A DNA stretch of 24,000 nt from Gammaproteobacteria bacterium. GTDB taxonomy: Bacteria > Pseudomonadota > Gammaproteobacteria > JACCXJ01. The position numbers and the translations under genes were made by a program. How positions within the stretch are numbered: position 1 is the stretch's first letter; each line of letters begins with the position of its first letter. Location of the stretch: contig JBQTJM010000184.1 in assembly GCA_052387115.1 (NCBI GenBank), positions 1 to 24,000 on the forward strand, read 5' to 3'. This document shows, piece after piece, positions 7,904 through 16,034 of the stretch. The notes under the pieces were generated by a model. It was not told the DNA's origin, did no database searches, and saw nothing but the letters and a program-made list of their open reading frames with translations.

Positions 7904-8515
7904 ATGAGATACGTGTTCGATCCCGCGCGCTTGTGCGAAATCTCGAAGATGGGCATCGGCCTGCCGCACTCGGAGATGTTTCAGGTCATTACGGACGAGC
8001 TTGCGAGAAGCTTTCCGGGCCGGATCATTACCGAGCCCGAATGGTTCTTCAACAATGCCGGGGGGGCGATGGGTATGTTGACCATCCTGTACGCCTCGTG
8101 GAAGGAGTATCTCATTTTTTTCGGCACTCCCATCGGTACCACCGGGCATACCGGCCGGTACTCGTTCATCGAGGACCATTGCTTTTTGCTTGACGGCGAG
8201 ATGTGGTATTACGCCGCCGGGGAGACCGACAAAACGGTTTATAGACCCGGGGATACGATCTATCTGGGCAAGGGCCAGGCGAAGTGTTATCGCATCGTCG
8301 ATCACGCCTGGATCCTCGAGTATGCCCGTGGCCCGATCGCGACCATGCTGCCGTTCGGCCTCGCCGATTCGCTTTTCAGCACGCTTGATTACACAACCGT
8401 CTTCCGCACCTTCCGGATCTACGGCAGGCATGTGATACGGAACACGTTTCGTCACGTTGCCCGCCGCGCCGGCCAGGAGGCGGAGAAGCGTTCCGGCAGA
8501 TCCGCCGGGCTGTGA
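7904..8515 (+). CDS. ERG2 / sigma-1-receptor family protein (C-8 sterol isomerase-like), lacking the N-terminal membrane anchor
   Basis: ATG at 7904 is preceded by GGGAGGAG (7892-7899). EWFFNNAGGAMGMLTILYASWKEYLIFFGTPIGTTGHTGRY...VYRPGDTIYLGKGQA...WILEYARGPIATMLPFGLADSLFSTLDY aligns with the remembered SIGMAR1/ERG2 core ([40 protein letters not shown]...FYPGETVVHGPGEA...[28 protein letters not shown]). Confidence 0.85.
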   Translation: MRYVFDPARLCEISKMGIGLPHSEMFQVITDELARSFPGRIITEPEWFFNNAGGAMGMLTILYASWKEYLIFFGTPIGTTGHTGRYSFIEDHCFLLDGEMWYYAAGETDKTVYRPGDTIYLGKGQAKCYRIVDHAWILEYARGPIATMLPFGLADSLFSTLDYTTVFRTFRIYGRHVIRNTFRHVARRAGQEAEKRSGRSAGL

Positions 8516-9213
8516 TAGGTCCCGCATAACCGATCCCAGAAGGTGAAGAACTGTCCGTAGTTATACCGAAAATACCAGTGGTGGGCCGTGTGACATCCTG
8601 CATGGTTGACGAAGCTCAATGGAGTCCAGCGGATGCGATCGTGGATCATGACGGCCCAGATCGTCACCAGGGTGACGAAGCCGTTGTATACCCATACGTG
8701 CAGGGGGAACAAGAGCGCACAGAGATGATAGGGCAAGGCCTGTGCAAACGAATCGAGCGGATGAAACGCCAGGCTGGCCAGCGGCGTGGGCTCTCGAAAC
8801 CGGTGGTGGAAGACGTGCAGGTGGCGGTAGAGAAAACGGGTATGCAGGGCGCGGTGGATCCAATAGATGGACGTTTCGGCGATGGCCAGGACGGCGAAAA
8901 TGCTGCCGAGCAGATAGGGCCAACCGTGCTCGGCCACCGAGAAATAGACCTCGCTCGCGCCAGACAGGATCAATACCTCGATCGGCAACATGAGGAGCGC
9001 GTTTCCGGAAACTGAATAGAGCGACCACAACACCGATCTGCGCAGCTCGTCAGCGTCGGGACGGTATCCCGGATGGTGCCTCTCGCGTCGTAAGACGAAA
9101 AACACGAGGTAACTGCCCCCGGCCAGGATCGCATAGAGACAAACCCCGAAGAGCGACAGCATGAGATACAGGCCGGTCAGGCCATGGCTCTCGTGGACCC
9201 AATAGAATACCAT
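8452..9213 (-). CDS. Fatty-acid-hydroxylase superfamily sterol desaturase, SC5D/ERG3 (C-5 sterol desaturase / lathosterol oxidase)-like
   Basis: There are three His boxes: HRALH, HVFHHRF and HTAHHWYF. WIHRALHTRFLYRHLHVFHHRFREPTPLASLAFHPLDSFAQALPYH...PLH...IWAVMIHD...HTAHHWYFRYNYGQFFTFWDRLCGTY is colinear with the remembered human SC5D block ([46 protein letters not shown]...IWTISIHDG...[27 protein letters not shown]). ATG at 9213 has GGAAGGG 8 nt upstream. Confidence 0.83.
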   Translation of the reverse strand: MVFYWVHESHGLTGLYLMLSLFGVCLYAILAGGSYLVFFVLRRERHHPGYRPDADELRRSVLWSLYSVSGNALLMLPIEVLILSGASEVYFSVAEHGWPYLLGSIFAVLAIAETSIYWIHRALHTRFLYRHLHVFHHRFREPTPLASLAFHPLDSFAQALPYHLCALLFPLHVWVYNGFVTLVTIWAVMIHDRIRWTPLSFVNHAGCHTAHHWYFRYNYGQFFTFWDRLCGTYHSPADLPERFSASWPARRAT

Positions 9214-9315
9214 GGCGGTTGCCCTTCCTGCCCGCGGGCGTGCTGATCGTCCTAGGCGGTGTGTCGGAGCAGCGAGTCGCCCGCTTGCTGCCTAGCTAGC
9301 GGCCGGCCGAGCCTG

Positions 9316-10230
9316 TCACCTACATTCCAGAAGGTCCTTAAATTCCTGCCCTGCGCTCTGATAGGCCAGCGCCCTGGCCTTCTGCAGGTTGTCATGGGCC
9401 TCGGCGTAGTAGGCGGGGGACTGCTTGATGGCCTCGACGAAGTAGTCCTCTGCCTGCCGGTACTTCCCGTCGATCAAGCAGAGATAGCCCACGCTGTTCG
9501 AGGCACGTGATTCGGGCATGATGCGCGTGAACGCATCCATCGCCTTGTTATATCGTCCGGTGCGCACGTACAAGAGGCCGAGGTTGGACCAGGCCTTCTC
9601 GTGCCGGGGATTGATCTGTAATGCCCGCTCGAATTGCGACTGCGCACCCTCCAGGTCCCCGGCCGAATACTTCGAGTAGCCGAGGTTGGTCAACAACATG
9701 GCGGCGTCGGGCCGCTCGCGGAGGGCCGCTTGATAATGCTGTTCGGCGGCCGGGTAGTCGTGGTTCAGATCGGCGATGACGCCGAGCCCGTTGTGGGCAC
9801 GCCAGCGGTGCTCATCGGCGGCCAGGGCCCTTTCCAGATACGCCTTGGCCTCCTCCGGTTTCTTGTCGCGGAGCAGCACGAGACCGATACCCTCGAGCGC
9901 GCCGGCATGCTCCTTGGCTATGGACAGGGTCTCGTGAAAGGCGCGCATCGCCAGTTCTAGATTGCCCTTGAGGTAGTGGATGACGCCGACCATATAGTGG
10001 GCGTCCGCCTTGTCCTCCTCCAGACTCAGGACGTTCACATACTCGAAGAGCGCCCGGTCGAGCTCCCCCTGGCGCAGCGCGGCGTCGGCGCGCGCCATGC
10101 CCACCTCCGCCTGCTTGGTGTCGTCCTGTGCTTCCGTCGTGGCGGCCGGCTCGAACAGCGTCGCGCAACCCCCCATCCCGATCGCGGCCATGAGCACCGC
10201 GCCCCTGAAGATACCGAAATGCATCGTCAT
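9316..10230 (-). CDS. tadD: TadD-like TPR-repeat lipoprotein
   Basis: There are multiple TPR units (repeated A..Y..AL...P....A..NLG patterns). The N-terminus MTMHFGIFRGAVLMAAIGMGGC is lipobox-like. ATG at 10230 is preceded by GGAGGTG at 6-nt spacing, and I prefer it to the track's TTG at 10260. It is the last gene of the tad operon. Confidence 0.8.
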   Translation of the reverse strand: MTMHFGIFRGAVLMAAIGMGGCATLFEPAATTEAQDDTKQAEVGMARADAALRQGELDRALFEYVNVLSLEEDKADAHYMVGVIHYLKGNLELAMRAFHETLSIAKEHAGALEGIGLVLLRDKKPEEAKAYLERALAADEHRWRAHNGLGVIADLNHDYPAAEQHYQAALRERPDAAMLLTNLGYSKYSAGDLEGAQSQFERALQINPRHEKAWSNLGLLYVRTGRYNKAMDAFTRIMPESRASNSVGYLCLIDGKYRQAEDYFVEAIKQSPAYYAEAHDNLQKARALAYQSAGQEFKDLLECR

Positions 10231-10260
10231 GGTCTTCACCTCCCCCGATCTCTTCCCCAA

Positions 10261-10290
10261 GCGCCGTGCCTCCCCGCAGAGGCACGGCGC
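10261..10290 (-). promoter_or_regulatory. Perfect 12-bp GC hairpin in the tadC-tadD intergenic spacer (possible intra-operon RNA stabiliser or attenuator)
   Basis: GCGCCGTGCCTC (10261-10272) / GAGGCACGGCGC (10279-10290) with a 6-nt loop. Only TT follows on the transcribed strand, so it is not a classical terminator. Confidence 0.45.
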
Positions 10291-10300
10291 AGGGAACCGC

Positions 10301-11263
10301 TCAATGCGCCGTCTGAAACACGCGGATCACGGCCAAGACCGCCGGCCCCACGGCCACGAGGAAGAACGACGGCCACAGGCAGAACACCATCGGAAAGATC
10401 ATCTTCGTTCCGATCTTCGCGGCGGCCTCCTCGGCGCGCTGCATGCGCTTGTCGCGGAACTCCTCCGAGTAGATCCGCAAGGTATCCCCGATACTCGTTC
10501 CGAAGCGCACGCTCTGGCACAAGAGCGAGACCAGGCCGCGGATATCATCGAGCCCGGTGCGCTCCGCCAGCGCCTTCAGGGCGTCCGTGCGCTCCACCCC
10601 CGCCTGGATCCCCGCGTTCACGAGCGCCAGCTCCATGGCGAGCGCCTCGTGGCTGACCACGAGCTCCTCGGCCACGCGCTGGAGCGCGGCGTTCAAGCCG
10701 AGCCCCGCCTCGGTACAGGTCACGAGCAGGTCCAACGCATCCGGGAAACCGTTCATGATCGCGCGCCTGCGGCGCTCGGCGCGGCGGCTAACATACAGGT
10801 TCGGCAGGAACAGGGCGACGCCGCCTGCATAGAGCGCGGCCATCAGGACCTCTGTCGTGCCCAATCCCGGGAAGAACGTCGCCCCGAGCACGACCACGGC
10901 CGCCACGGACAGCAGCAGTATCACCTTCGCCGCGTAGAAGGTCATGAGGGCGGTACCGGAGCGGAACCCCGCCTGGAGGAGCTTGGCCCGCATGCCGGAA
11001 CGTTCCACATCGCTCTTGGGCAGGACATAGGCGCCGAAGGGCTCGACCACCTTCGCGAGGTGCGCGAAGCGACCCCGGTCTTCGCCGCTCACGCCGGAGA
11101 CCGCCTGGAGGCGGCGCCGGAACGGATCGAAAACGCCGGTCACGACCACGAGGACGCTCAGGCCGAACAAGGCGGCGGCGAAACCGATGCTCCCGGCGAG
11201 CAGCCAGCGCGCTTGCGCCGGATCGCTCGCGATCTGCGAAAAGAACTGCGCCAGGTATTCCAT
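10301..11263 (-). CDS. tadC: TadC (type II secretion F-family inner-membrane platform protein)
   Basis: 320-aa polytopic protein with GspF-like repeats. It sits directly after tadB. GAGGAG lies upstream of ATG 11263. Confidence 0.9.
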   Translation of the reverse strand: MEYLAQFFSQIASDPAQARWLLAGSIGFAAALFGLSVLVVVTGVFDPFRRRLQAVSGVSGEDRGRFAHLAKVVEPFGAYVLPKSDVERSGMRAKLLQAGFRSGTALMTFYAAKVILLLSVAAVVVLGATFFPGLGTTEVLMAALYAGGVALFLPNLYVSRRAERRRRAIMNGFPDALDLLVTCTEAGLGLNAALQRVAEELVVSHEALAMELALVNAGIQAGVERTDALKALAERTGLDDIRGLVSLLCQSVRFGTSIGDTLRIYSEEFRDKRMQRAEEAAAKIGTKMIFPMVFCLWPSFFLVAVGPAVLAVIRVFQTAH

Positions 11264-11274
11264 TGCCTATCTCC

Positions 11275-12246
11275 TCACACCTCGATCCGGATGATCTTCC
11301 TCATCCACAGGATCCCCACGGTCATGTTGACGCAGGCCCCCAGGATGAGCCATCGGCCGAGCGGGTCCTTGGTGAGACCCGGCAAGTAACCGGGCTCTGT
11401 GACGAATAGCGCCCCGACCAGGACGAAGGGGAGCAAGACCAGGATCCAGGCCGACATGCGGCCCTCCGCCGACAAGGTGCGGACGCGCCGCTGCAGGCGG
11501 AAACGCCCGCGCACCACGGCCGCGATCTTGTCGAGGATCTCCGCCATATTGCCCCCCGTCTCGCGCTGGATGACGACCGCCGTCACCACCGTCATGAAGC
11601 TCATGCTGGGCACCCGCTCGAGCAGCGCCAAGAACGCCGCCTTGGTGCTCATGCCATAGTTGATGTCGGAGTAGGCGGTGCGGAACTCGCCCGCGATGGG
11701 CTCGGCGCTGTCCTCGGCCACGAAGCGCATGGCCTCGGTGAACGGCAAGCCCGCCCGCAGCGCCCGGCTCATGACCGCGAGCGCATCGGGGAGCTGCTCC
11801 TCGAAGAGCGCGATGCGCCGGTTGCGCTTGAGACGGATGTTCAGGATGGGCAGGAAAAACGCCGCAACCGCCGCCGGTAGGCCGAACAGCGGTTCTTTGG
11901 TCAAGGCGGCCACGATGACGCCCGCGCCGAGCGCCAGCCCGGCCGCCTGCAGGACCACGCGGTACGCGCGGGTCTTGAGTCCCGCCTGTTCGACGAGCCT
12001 GGCCAGGCCTTCCATTCCGGGCAGGCCTTGCATCGCTTTTCCGAGCGGCGGAAGCTCTCGCCAGTACTTCTCGCGCAAGAGCGATACCGCCGCGGGATCC
12101 AGGGCATCCTCGACCTCCCGCACGCGCCTGCGCAACCGCCGGGCGATATGCGCGTCGGTGCCGAAGGTCGGCACGAACATCGCCATCGACAGGAGCGCGA
12201 CGGCGACGAAGACCATGATGAGGAGAATCGTGTAGTCGGTCCACAT
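11275..12246 (-). CDS. tadB: TadB (type II secretion F-family inner-membrane platform protein)
   Basis: 323-aa paralogue-type partner of TadC. GAGGAG lies 8 nt upstream of ATG 12246. Confidence 0.9.
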   Translation of the reverse strand: MWTDYTILLIMVFVAVALLSMAMFVPTFGTDAHIARRLRRRVREVEDALDPAAVSLLREKYWRELPPLGKAMQGLPGMEGLARLVEQAGLKTRAYRVVLQAAGLALGAGVIVAALTKEPLFGLPAAVAAFFLPILNIRLKRNRRIALFEEQLPDALAVMSRALRAGLPFTEAMRFVAEDSAEPIAGEFRTAYSDINYGMSTKAAFLALLERVPSMSFMTVVTAVVIQRETGGNMAEILDKIAAVVRGRFRLQRRVRTLSAEGRMSAWILVLLPFVLVGALFVTEPGYLPGLTKDPLGRWLILGACVNMTVGILWMRKIIRIEV

Positions 12247-12258
12247 GGTCGTCGCTCC

Positions 12259-13635
12259 TCAGCCGATCCGGCGGCCGGGCTTGAAGAGGCCCAGGTCCAG
12301 GCTCATCCCGCGGCGCTTCAGGTGGTCGTGGAATTTCGGCACCATCCCGGTGGCCTGGAAACAACCCAGGACCTCGCCGCCCTGGTCCACGCCGGTGCGC
12401 TCGAACTTGAAGATCTCGGACATGGTGACGATGTCGCCCTCCATCCCCTGGATCTCCTGCACGCTCACCAGCCGCCGCCTGCCGTCCTCGTTGCGCTCGA
12501 GCTGCACGACCAGGTGGATGGCCGAGGCGATCTGGGCGCGCATGGCGCGGATGGGCAGCTGCAGCCCGGCCATCATGACCATGGTCTCGAGCCTGGAGAG
12601 CGCATCGCGCGGGCTGTTGGCGTGTACGGTCGAGAGCGAGCCCTCGTGTCCGGTGTTCATGGCCTGGAGCATGTCCAGGGCCTCGCCCGCGCGCACCTCG
12701 CCGATCACGATGCGGTCGGGCCGCATGCGCAGGCTGTTGCGCACCAGATCGCGCTGGGTGACCTCGCCCTTCTGTTCGATGTTGGGCGGCCGGGTCTCCA
12801 GGCGCACGATGTGCGGCTGCTGGAGCTGCAGCTCGGCCGAGTCCTCGATGGTGACGATGCGCTCGTAGGGCGGGATGTAGCCGGACAAAATGTTCAGCAA
12901 CGTGGTCTTGCCGCTGCCCGTGCCCCCCGACACCAGGACATTGAGCTTGGCCTTCACGACCGACTGCAGTACCTCCATCATCGGCTGGCTGGTGCTGCCG
13001 ATGCGGACCAGGTCCTCGGCGCGCAGGCGCTCCTTCGGGAAGCGCCGTATGGACAAGGTCGGGCCATCGATGGCGAGCGGGGGGATGATGGCGTTGACGC
13101 GCGAGCCATCCTTGAGCCGCGCGTCCACCATGGGGCAGGACTCGTCGATGCGCCGCCCGACTCTAGACACGATGCGGTCTATCATGCCGAGGACATGGGC
13201 GTCGTCCTTGAAGTGGACCGCCACGCGCTCGAGCTTCCCGCCGCGCTCGACATAGACCGACTCACGGCCGTTGACCAGGATGTCGGTGACGGCGGGATCG
13301 GCCAACAGGGGCTCGAGCGGCCCGAGGCCCAGGACCTCGTCCTCGATCTGCTTGATGACGCGCTGGCGCGACGGCGCGTTCAAGGGCGCGGACTCCTCGT
13401 TCATGAGCCGGTTCGCGACCTCGCGGATCTCGCCTTTGGCCTGCTTCTCCTCGATGCCGGTGATGAGCGAGAGGTCCACGACCTCGAGGAGCCGGGCGTG
13501 GATGCGGTGCTTCCACTCGCGCTCCTGGGCCTGGTTGCGCTCGGCCGCGGCGGATACGAGGCCGGTCGGCGCGCTCCGGACGGCGGTGGGCGGGTCCACC
13601 TCGCCGTTCCCTGTCTTGCGATAAAAGGCTTCCAT
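12259..13635 (-). CDS. tadA: TadA/CpaF secretion ATPase
   Basis: Walker [15 protein letters not shown]. Asp and His boxes are present ([12 protein letters not shown]; [13 protein letters not shown]). 458 aa. GAGGAG lies upstream of ATG 13635. Confidence 0.95.
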   Translation of the reverse strand: MEAFYRKTGNGEVDPPTAVRSAPTGLVSAAAERNQAQEREWKHRIHARLLEVVDLSLITGIEEKQAKGEIREVANRLMNEESAPLNAPSRQRVIKQIEDEVLGLGPLEPLLADPAVTDILVNGRESVYVERGGKLERVAVHFKDDAHVLGMIDRIVSRVGRRIDESCPMVDARLKDGSRVNAIIPPLAIDGPTLSIRRFPKERLRAEDLVRIGSTSQPMMEVLQSVVKAKLNVLVSGGTGSGKTTLLNILSGYIPPYERIVTIEDSAELQLQQPHIVRLETRPPNIEQKGEVTQRDLVRNSLRMRPDRIVIGEVRAGEALDMLQAMNTGHEGSLSTVHANSPRDALSRLETMVMMAGLQLPIRAMRAQIASAIHLVVQLERNEDGRRRLVSVQEIQGMEGDIVTMSEIFKFERTGVDQGGEVLGCFQATGMVPKFHDHLKRRGMSLDLGLFKPGRRIG

Positions 13636-13638
13636 GTC

Positions 13639-14835
13639 TTATCTCCTCAACAAAAGCTGGTTGAATACCGCGCCCAACTTGCCCTTGCGCTCGGCCTTGG
13701 GTCTTGGCGCGAGCCGCTCGGCGATCTCGATGATGGCCTTGGTGACGGCGGCGCCCTTGGCGCCCTCGCACAGCGGCAAGCCGAGGTTGATGGCCTCGGA
13801 CACGCGCCGGTAATCGTTCGGGATCTCGACGAGCGAGCCGGGCTTCAGCGCCGCCTGGATCTCGGCGCTGCCGATCGGGCCGTTCTTGTCGTGGCGGTTG
13901 ACGACGAGGTGGATGCGGTCGTTGGGGATCGCGAGGTCGCGCGTCGCGACCCGCACCATGCGCTTGGCATCGCGCAGATGGGTGATGCCCTGCTGCATGA
14001 CGATCAAGAGGTTCTCGGCGCGCTCCATCAGGCGATGGGTCACGGGATCGATCTGGCGCGGGAGGTCCACGACCACATGTTCGAAGTCCCCGACGACCTG
14101 GCCCAAGAGCCGATCGAGCCGGTCCTCCGGGATCTCCCAGGGCAGCGCCAGCTCCTCGGACATGGAGGCCAGGAGGCGCAGCCCGCTCGGGTGCTTGAGC
14201 ATATAGCCTTCGAGGGCCACGGTGTCGATGTGGTCCGCGTTGGCCAGTGCCGCGACGACCCCGTCACGCGGGGTGAGGTCCAGATACAGCGGCAAGGTCC
14301 CGAACTGCAGGTCCATGTCGAGTAGCGCGGTCCGCATATGGAGGTGACTCGCCATGCAATGGGCGACGTTGCAGGCCAGAAACGAGGCCCCCGAGCCGCC
14401 CTTGGCGTTGATGACCGCGGTGAGACGGCCCTTCCCTTTCTGTCTCTGCGCCTTGGCGCCGAGCTCCTCGGCCATCCGCTGGACCGAGGCCAGGATCTCG
14501 GCGCGTTCCACGGGGTGCGTGAAATAATCGCGGGCGCCGGCCTGCATCGCCATGCGGATCACGCGGGCGTTATCCTCGGCCGGCCCGATGACGATGAGCT
14601 GCGGCCGCTCGGGGTGCGCCATGACCTCCCGGAGCTCGGTCTCCCAGAACTGGCTGAGATCGAGGATCAAAACGTCGGGCGGCGTGTCCACCCCGTACAG
14701 GGGGTCCAAGTGGCCATTGACCACGACGCGCGTCCGCACCTCGACGCCCGGCTCCGACTTGAGCATCAGCTCGATGTACTCGACCTGCAGCCGCGAGCGG
14801 CTGGAGATCAATATCTTGCATCTGGGTTTCATCAT
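13639..14835 (-). CDS. tadZ: TadZ/CpaE (receiver-like N-domain plus ParA/MinD-type ATPase domain)
   Basis: Deviant Walker A VINAKGGSGASFLACNVA. The N-terminal about 120 aa are CheY-like (KILISS...DVLILDL...VIGPAED). It lies immediately upstream of tadA. Confidence 0.9.
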   Translation of the reverse strand: MMKPRCKILISSRSRLQVEYIELMLKSEPGVEVRTRVVVNGHLDPLYGVDTPPDVLILDLSQFWETELREVMAHPERPQLIVIGPAEDNARVIRMAMQAGARDYFTHPVERAEILASVQRMAEELGAKAQRQKGKGRLTAVINAKGGSGASFLACNVAHCMASHLHMRTALLDMDLQFGTLPLYLDLTPRDGVVAALANADHIDTVALEGYMLKHPSGLRLLASMSEELALPWEIPEDRLDRLLGQVVGDFEHVVVDLPRQIDPVTHRLMERAENLLIVMQQGITHLRDAKRMVRVATRDLAIPNDRIHLVVNRHDKNGPIGSAEIQAALKPGSLVEIPNDYRRVSEAINLGLPLCEGAKGAAVTKAIIEIAERLAPRPKAERKGKLGAVFNQLLLRR

Positions 14836-14872
14836 CGCTGGTGTCCTTGCGTTGAATGTCGTCTTGCGGTGA

Positions 14873-15325
14873 TCAAGTGCACGGGTTGGGGCCGGGGGGG
14901 GCGTATCCCAGGCTTTCGGCCGGGATGGTCGTGGCGGACGTGAAGACCTCCTCCTCGAGCGTGACGTTCATGAAGGGGATGAGGAGTCGGTGCTCGTAAC
15001 CGCTGATGCTTACCCGGACGGCCACGGTACCCCCGGTCGTCGGGTCCGGGACGGCCACCACGTTGACCATGCCTGTGGTGAGCCCTTTCAATATCGGGCT
15101 CTCCCCATCCGCCGTCCCGAACACCGCGGCTCGCCTCGCGGTCGCCCAATCGGCCGGGGAGCAGACTGCGGCCACCCGCGCCCCGCGCCGGGTGGCCTCC
15201 GCGATGGTGTTGTAAGCAAACATGGCGCGCGCCACCTCGATCGCGCCGAACAGGATGATGAAGAGCGCCGTGCCGATGATGGCGAATTCGACGGTGTAAA
15301 TCCCTTTCTGCCGCGTGTTCATCAT
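14873..15325 (-). CDS. TadE-like pseudopilin
   Basis: The N-terminus MMNTRQKGIYTVEFAIIGTALFIILFGAIEVARAMF is the TadE/TadG-type signature (G..xVEFA plus a hydrophobic helix). There is an ATGA overlap with the upstream tadE-like gene. Confidence 0.85.
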   Translation of the reverse strand: MMNTRQKGIYTVEFAIIGTALFIILFGAIEVARAMFAYNTIAEATRRGARVAAVCSPADWATARRAAVFGTADGESPILKGLTTGMVNVVAVPDPTTGGTVAVRVSISGYEHRLLIPFMNVTLEEEVFTSATTIPAESLGYAPPGPNPCT

Positions 15326-15828
15326 AAGGCCCTCATCGTGGCCGAAGCCGTCATGTTGATGCCGAAGTCGATGTTTCCGTCTCCGAACCCGAAGGTGGGG
15401 ATGCCGAGGTCGAAGATCGGGTCGTAGTTGTAAGGCGTTCCTGCGCCGACCTGGACCTGCACGTGGACGCCATCTACGGCAGTGACCGTGATCTGTCCCG
15501 TGCTCAGGCCCTGGAGCACCGGATCGCCCGTGCCGCCCGGGTTGCCGTAGACCACCACGTTCCGGGTGGCGGTCCGTTTACCAGCGGTGATGTCAATGAC
15601 TCCGGTCGTCCCCGCGATGGCCTCTTGGGCCAGATACCGCACCCCGTCCCGCACCGCCTTGTGCAGGGTGTTGTACTGATAGAGCCAGCGGCCGGCCTCG
15701 GCGGCAACCAGCATGAGGAGCAAGAGCACCGGCACCGCGATCGCGAATTCGACCATCGCGATCCCGCGCTGCTTCTTGCGGCAACGTCTTTCAGGCGCGT
15801 TAGCGCATCGAGAATCACCGGCATCCAT
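15322..15828 (-). CDS. TadE-like pseudopilin
   Basis: KKQRGIAMVEFAIAVPVLLLLMLVAAEAGRWLY signature. Start taken at ATG 15828 (MDAGDSRC...). The track's extension to 16047 translates a non-coding repeat element and was rejected. Confidence 0.75.
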   Translation of the reverse strand: MDAGDSRCANAPERRCRKKQRGIAMVEFAIAVPVLLLLMLVAAEAGRWLYQYNTLHKAVRDGVRYLAQEAIAGTTGVIDITAGKRTATRNVVVYGNPGGTGDPVLQGLSTGQITVTAVDGVHVQVQVGAGTPYNYDPIFDLGIPTFGFGDGNIDFGINMTASATMRAL

Positions 15829-15837
15829 TCCTTCCAC

Positions 15838-16034
15838 CCGTTCGCCCTGAGCGTAGGCCCGGAGGGCCGGAGTCGAAGGGCGGGGTCGAGGCTCGGAATC
15901 GCGGACTGGTTCGAGACCCCCGAGCCGGGCTTCGACTCCGCGGCTCGCAAAAAAGCCGCGAGCCACTACGCTCAGCCCGAACGGAGATCTGGTTCCATCG
16001 CTCTGAGCCAACCTATCGGGTCGCTCGGTATGAG
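15838..16034 (-). repeat. Structured GC-rich repeat element, copy A (REP/MITE-like), in the 249-nt gap between the tadG-like and tadE-like genes
   Basis: Internal inverted repeat CCGTTCGCCCTGAGCGTAG (15838-15856) / CTACGCTCAGCCCGAACGG (15966-15984), matching 17/19. Nested arms CGGAGTCGAAG (15869-15879) / CTTCGACTCCG (15930-15940). It shares exact inverted blocks with copy B: a 19-mer (15866-15884 = revcomp of 23681-23699), an 18-mer (15970-15987 = revcomp of 23797-23814), an 11-mer (16003-16013 versus 23746-23756) and a 7-mer (16028-16034 versus 23734-23740). Confidence 0.7.

Noticed and set aside
12028-14325. 765-aa + strand ORF, the largest in the track
   Set aside because: It is antisense to tadA and tadZ, which carry clear Walker motifs and operon context. 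The product is a D/G/L/A/R-rich shadow ORF with no recognisable motifs. The same reasoning rejects 2650-3720(-), 10010-11389(+), 15463-16611(+), 17739-18899(+), 19511-20449(-), 19588-20349(+), 7237-7956(-) and 7730-8527(-).
15905-15925. tRNA T-loop-like string GGTTCGAGACC inside repeat copy A
   Set aside because: The flanking sequence does not fold into a T-stem, acceptor stem or anticodon arm. It is part of the repeat element's long hairpin.
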